From: the human T2T-CHM13v2.0 reference genome, Homo sapiens
Assembly (NCBI RefSeq): GCF_009914755.1
Contig: NC_060940.1
Reading direction: 5' to 3' (one strand)
DNA length: 64,000 bases
Below, in pieces: positions 52,999 through 64,000 of this stretch. The notes under the pieces were generated by a model. The model was not told the origin of the DNA, did no database searches, and saw only the letters and a list, made by a program, of their open reading frames with translations. Positions within the stretch are counted from its first letter, which is position 1, and the number at the start of each line of letters is the position of its first letter. The translations under genes were made by a program, and so were the position numbers.

Positions 52999-53774
52999 GT
53001 GACTAACTATGTTAGAAGACAGAGGAATAGGTTGAAGGGGCAGCCCTTCCCAAGGCAGGCCAGGAAGACTCTACCAGGAAAACTGCACAGTCACCAGGTA
53101 TACCTTCCTGGACCATCAGTGACAGAGGGGCCTCCTGGCCAACCTGGTAGGTGTCTGCCATTGGGAGCCTGAGAACCAGTTTGCATTGTTTTCAGAGATG
53201 GGGGTGGTTGCTGAAAGAAACTCTCATGCATCACTAAGGGAGGATAGATGGGTTCAACCACTTTGGAGAGCCAACCTACTAAAGTTAAACATATGCCTAC
53301 CCTAGGACCCTGCAACTTCACTCCTGGATGTGCAGGAGAAGAGCTCAAGAGCACTGAGCTCATCCATCCACCAGAAGACGCAAATAAGAATGTTTATAGT
53401 GGCATTAGTTACAATAGCCAAAAAGTGGAAGCAACCCAAATGTCCACTGACAGGAGAATGAATAAACAAACTGTGGGAGAGCCAAACAGTGGAGCAATAC
53501 CAATGTCTCCATTAACGGGAGAATGAAAACATAAACGGTGACATATTCATAAGATGGAATTCTACAAAACAGGAGAAAAAGAACCGACGACTGATATGCA
53601 CAATGACATGAATTAATTGGGTAAGTATTATGTTGTGTGGCAGGAGCCAGAAACAAAGGATTTGCTGTATGATTCAATTTGTAGAAATTCGTGAATAGGC
53701 ACAAATCACCTATGATGACAGAAGTCACAACACTGGTTATCTCTGTAAGGGGGATTATTATTGACTGGGAAGGG

Positions 53775-54143
53775 TGATACAATTAGGCTTTGTGTCCCCA
53801 CCCAAATCGCATCTTGAATTGTAATCCCCAGGTGTTGAGGGAGAAACCTTGTGGAGGCGATTGGATCATGGGAACAGTTTTGCCCATGCTGTTCTTATGA
53901 TAGTGAGTGAGTTCTCATGAGACTGATGGTTTTGTAACTGTTTGGAAGTTCCTCTTTCATTTATTCTTCTCTCTCCTGCCACCTTGTGAAGAAGGACGTG
54001 TTTGCTTCCCCTTCCGCCATGATTGTAAGTTTCCTGAGGCCTCCCCAGCCATGCAGAACTGTGAGTCAATTAAAGTTCCTTTGTTTATAAATTAGCCAAT
54101 CTTGGCTAGTATCTTTATAGCAGTGTAAAAATGGACAAATACA
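53775..54143 (+). mobile_element. THE1 (THE1D-like) solo LTR inside old L1
   Basis: tgatac..ggctttgtgtccccacccaaat start, aaataca end, 5-bp TSD aaggg. Confidence 0.88.
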
Positions 54144-54322
54144 AAGGGGAGGAGGGAACCTTCTGGGTTCCACATTTTGATCTGTGGCTACACAGACGTT
54201 TACACATTCACAAAACTCTACTCTTCAGATTTGTGTAAGTTACCATATATGTTGCACATCAAATCTTAAAAAGTGGCATCAAGTGGAAACACTCAAAATT
54301 TTGTCCATTTATGTTGCCTTTA

Positions 54323-56733
<2,411 letters not shown>

Positions 56734-57089
56734 CAAATCTGCATTGTTAACAAGGTCTCCTGGTGATTCGCGTGCACACAGAATTTGAGAAGCGCTGCCC
56801 TAGAAGCCTTGGCTACACATTGGAATCACCTGAAGAGCTTTAAAACATGCTGACTCTGGGATGGGGCCTGGATGTGTGACTTGGAAAAGCTTCTTAACTG
56901 ATTCTCATGTGCAGCCAGGGCTGAAACCGCTGGTCTAGAAGCCTTGCTGCTCAATGTGTGGCCTGTGGAGAGCTCATGATAAATGCAGAGCTTCAGGGCT
57001 CACCCCAGACCTCCTGAGTCAGAATCTATGTTTCAACAAGATCTTCAGGTGTTTCTTGTGCACTTTCAATTTGGAGCAGCCCTGGGCTC

Positions 57090-57265
57090 AGAGCTGGCGA
57101 TGTCGATTGCAGAGCCCAGTGTAAAATGACAATGCAAGCTCCCTGTTCAAAAAATGATTAAGAATTTTAAGAAAGCATTAGCAGAGCATTAAACCAAGCA
57201 CAGGACCCTTCGAAGCTCAGTTCTGTGTGACTGCGCAGGTTGCATGTCCAAGAAGCCTGGGCTAG
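57090..57265. mobile_element. MER45A-like DNA transposon
   Basis: ccagtgtaaaatga...gttcaaaaa..ttaagaattt...gcagagcattaaaccaagc. Confidence 0.65.
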
Positions 57266-57779
57266 CTTCCCTCTGATTTGTCAGGGAGATGCCTGTCAGC
57301 AAACAAATCCATGTGCAGGATCCACTCATCACTGTACTGAAACCTGCCTTTCGGGGCCATGAAACTTTCCCTGGAGCGTTTTGGGTCATCTCTGCAGAAC
57401 GACAAGGATGAGGACAGGATGGAAGAGACTCCTTCTCGCACCCGGCGACAGTTCTCTAGGCTGTTTGTTCTGTAACTGTGCCGGTAAGAGCAATGCACTG
57501 TTTCCCCGCCCCGAGAACACCAGGCATGTTCCTCCTCTTTGATTTGCCAGGGAGGAGAAGGGGCTTTCAGATCCACTGGGAAGGAGGCTCTGCAATCCCA
57601 GCTACTTGCTGGGACCAGGATTACCCTAGAAGCAGCTCCTCTCTGGGGCTCTCCCTATCCATCCACTGGCTACTGCTGGGCAGGGCAGGTGGGGGACAGT
57701 GATTCCCTTGTGGGCTGTTTTGTGAATAGCAGTAATGCATTTCACAGCCCTGGAGACGTGTCCATCACAGATAGGGGAT

Positions 57780-58910
<1,131 letters not shown>

Positions 58911-60071
58911 GAATTGGGGCACTGAGGGGGCAGGAATTGAGACAGCATTTACATGTTGGTAAAATCTTTCTACTTAGCATGCATGTTTACGGAGAGGCTT
59001 TCCAAGCCACCGGGGAGCACTGTCCCATCAAACCCCAAGCACTAAAGGTCTCAGGCATGACCTCCTGGAATGGGTTCTGGCAGAATGGACTTGCAGAGGT
59101 AAGATTCCCAGGTCTACCCCAAAGTCTCAATTGAGAGCCAGCATCTGTCTCTTGCAATTGATTTTTTAAAATAAGAGTATATTCATTTACAAAGGACTTG
59201 TAGATCATAACCGTGCACCCGTGGAATAAATGAATGAATGAATGAAAAATGCCAGTGTGAAGAACAGAAAGCAGCTCTTCTCATGGAATGAGGGGCGGTG
59301 GATCGGGCATCTGACCTACATCTAAACTCAGGGGTTGGGCAACGAGACTGGAATTTTGATCTTGGGCTGCAGACCATCAGAGATGTGCCTGGGGCAGGCA
59401 GTTGTAGACTCAGTCAGAGCTGCATCCTTATTAGACGTGGATCCCAAAGTGCATCCAGAGCCCCCGTTTCCACTGCCCATCATCCCATCAGGAGAGGGCC
59501 CTGCCTTTGCTTCTCACAGCCTTTCATTCATCCAGTCACCCATTCATTTATTCACTGAGCACAATGTATCAAGTAGAACCTTTAAAAAGTTGTGCTAAGT
59601 GGAAGAGGCCAGTCACAAAAGTCCACATAATGTGTGATTCCATTTATACGAACATCCAGAGTGTCTATAGAAACAGAAAGTAGGTTAGTGCTTGCTTAGG
59701 GCTGAGGGGGATGGGGGATAGGAGGGTGACTGCCCACAGGTACAGGGTATCATTTTTGGGTAATGAAAAGGTTCTAAAATCGACCATGATGATGTCTGCA
59801 CAGTTCTGAATACACTAAATACCATTGCAGTGCACACTTTCTAAGGGTGAATTGAACGGTGTGTCAATTAAACCTCAATAAGGCCATCTAAAAATATGTG
59901 TTGAGCACTTACTGTGTGTTGGGCACACTGGGGACTCAGGAGTGAATGGAACTAATGCCATCCTCACCCTCAGGCCACATACAGTGTGGGGATGGAGGCA
60001 GCTGCTAAACAAATGATCATACAAATCATTTTCCTTTTTGTTTTGCATTCTATTTTGTTTTTAATGGACAC

Positions 60072-61628
<1,557 letters not shown>

Positions 61629-62177
61629 ATACTTGGCAATGGTACATATTTATGGTTTCCATACATGTACACATTGTGTAATGATCAAATCAGGGTAACC
61701 AGCAAATCCATCACCCCAAACCTTGATCATTTCTTTGTGGTGAGAACAGACGTCTCTTGTCGCTGTTTGGAAACACACACCACGTTATTGTTAACTGTCC
61801 TCACCCTGGGGACAGCAAGGAGGGCCGAAAGGAAGTGCAGGCTGCTGTGAGCGCCTTCAAGAGGGAGCAGCACTGAGCTCACCTGCGAGCCTAGGCCTGG
61901 AGAGCAGCTGGAGTCTCCAGCCCGAGGGGAGGCGGAGGAGGGAACTGCCTTGCAGGCAGAGGGAAGAGCATGTGCGGAGGCCCCGAGGCAGAGCCTGGCA
62001 ATTCGTCGGCGGAACAGATGCTGGAAGTGGGGAGGAGGAGGAGGAGGAACAGGAGGAGGTACGGGGGTCTGGGCCGCTGTAGAGAGCCGAGGCCTCCGAA
62101 GTCTCAGCACTAGGGCAGTGGGAAGCTGTTACAGGGTAGACGCCCGGGATGTGGGAGGGGCTATATGATAATCTGGG

Positions 62178-62496
<319 letters not shown>

Positions 62497-62599
62497 TGGG
62501 AGTTGTTCTGTATTGTGGAGTAAAGGGAGGCAGAGGTGAAGCCATCGAGAGAGCAGCGAGCTCATCGCTCCCCACATTCTATTAAAATGCACATTCTCC

Positions 62600-63260
62600 C
62601 GGGAGGGGGTTTCCAGTTAATGAAACAGGAAGCGAGGTCTGTTGAGCTTGCAACCAGCTGAGAGCAATTTGAGGACAAAAGGGAAGGGCGGGAAGAAGCG
62701 GGATCTCGGGAAGGTGGCAGGCAGGTGAGAGCCTGGCTGGCCCGTTCACGCCTGTCTGCCCCTGGTGGCCAGGACGGGAAGGTCAGAGGACAGGGTCGGA
62801 GGCGCCAACGCTCCTGGGGTCCCAGCTGCTGCAGATCCGGGCTGGGGCTGGGCCTGGCCGCTGCTGGGGGCGGGAGGCAATTCCCAGCCCCGGGCCGGTG
62901 ACGTCAACGTTGTCATGGAGACCCGGCTTCCCTGCCCAGCGTTGCAGCTGCGGGAGCCCGGGCTGGGAGGCTCTGTGAGGCTGAGGGAAGCAGAGGGCAC
63001 AGACCTGGGTCCTGCAGGCGGTGGCTCCACCTAAGAGCACAACCCTGCCAGAGGCAGGATGCCCAGAATGGGCGGGGCTCCCTGCTGCACCCAGCCCGCC
63101 CCGACCCTTGCCGCCCAGACGTGGCTTCGGCCTTGCGCTGGCTCCTGGGGTAGCGGATGGGGAACCCCCTGAGATGGGGGCCCAGGCTTCCCCACCTTGG
63201 GGTCCAGGGACTGCCCTCTCAGGGGCGGACTCAGTCCCCAGTCTGGAAGTTGTCTTGGCA
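62600..63260. promoter_or_regulatory. CpG/GC-rich candidate cis-regulatory element (ETS, GC boxes, full CRE, RFX X-box)
   Basis: ACAGGAAG ~62626, GGGGCGGGAG 62867-62876, TGACGTCA 62899-62906, GTTGTCATGGAGAC 62909-62922 in non-repeat sequence. Confidence 0.55.
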
Positions 63261-63305
63261 TAAGAGTGTTCTGGCATGCTCCTGTCGTCGTCCCCTTAAC
63301 AGGAG

Positions 63306-64000
63306 TGTTTCCGGACCAAACTGAGGGTGGGGCTGCTTATTCTCGCGGCCCAATAACGAGATGCAGATGAACGGGGAAAGGAAGGAGTTGATTTCTGTAA
63401 CCGGGTGCAGGGAGAAGGCCTGGAAATTATCCCCAGACCAACTCAAAATTACAAAGTTTTCCAGAGATTATATACCTTCTAAGCTATATGTCTACGTCTG
63501 AGTGTGTATTCATCTAAAGACATAAGTGATTAACTTCTTTCTTTCTTTTTTTTTTTTTTTTGGAGACGGAGTTTCACTCTGTCACCCAGGCTGGAGTGCA
63601 GTGCACTGCAGTTCACTGCAACCTGTGCCTCCTGTGTTCAAGCAATTCTCCTGCCTCAGCCTCCTGAGTAGCTGGGATTACAGGCATGCACCACTCCGCC
63701 CAGGCTAATTTTTCTATTTTCAGTAGAGACAGGGTTTCACCATGTTGGTCAGGCTGGTCTCGACCTTCTGATCTTGTGATCCAACCACCTGGGCCTCCCA
63801 AAGTGCTGGGATTACAGGCTTGAGCCACCATGCCTAGCTGTGATTAACTTCTATAACTAAGGTCTGAGTCCTGAAGCTCTTCCTCTGGAGCCTCAGTAAA
63901 TTTATTTAATCTAAATGGGTCCAGGTGCTGCGGTGATTACCCTTATCTTGTCTCCTGCTAAATCATGGGGGTTTGGGGAGTTCCTTCAGACCCCCAATAA
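63306..64000 (-). mobile_element. ERV1 LTR (PABL_A-like), running off the window, with Alu 63539-63838
   Basis: tgtttccggaccaaactgaggg terminus; Alu TSD gtgattaacttct. Confidence 0.65.

Overview
Human (primate) genomic DNA carrying the 3' part of CMIP (c-Maf-inducing protein) on the + strand. I traced 14 GT-AG-flanked coding exons (1711-42044). They splice into one open frame of 498 codons plus stop ([11 protein letters not shown]...LPNLKEVDVRYTEAW*), matching the C-terminal part of CMIP as I recall it, including the leucine-rich repeats. Exon numbers 8-21 come from the recalled 21-exon model. A ~2 kb 3' UTR ends at AATAAA 43983-43988, followed by ~20 kb of repeat-dense intergenic DNA (Alu, L1, MaLR/ERV LTRs, MER DNA transposons) with a CpG-rich, motif-bearing patch near 62.6-63.3 kb. 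Nearly all other ORFs in the track are low-complexity or Alu/L1 artefacts. I see no new gene or multi-gene system. The most interesting signals are cis-structures: a 1.35 kb intronic minisatellite built from the PRDM9 hotspot motif; a G-less CACCC/YCAY minisatellite; a UG-flanked candidate poison exon/recursive splice site; an X-box+CRE module with MHC-like spacing; an RFX site cluster; a U-rich/A-rich fold-back over six AATAAA hexamers in the 3' UTR; and several local duplications. Repeat family names are from memory of consensus sequences and repeat boundaries are approximate.
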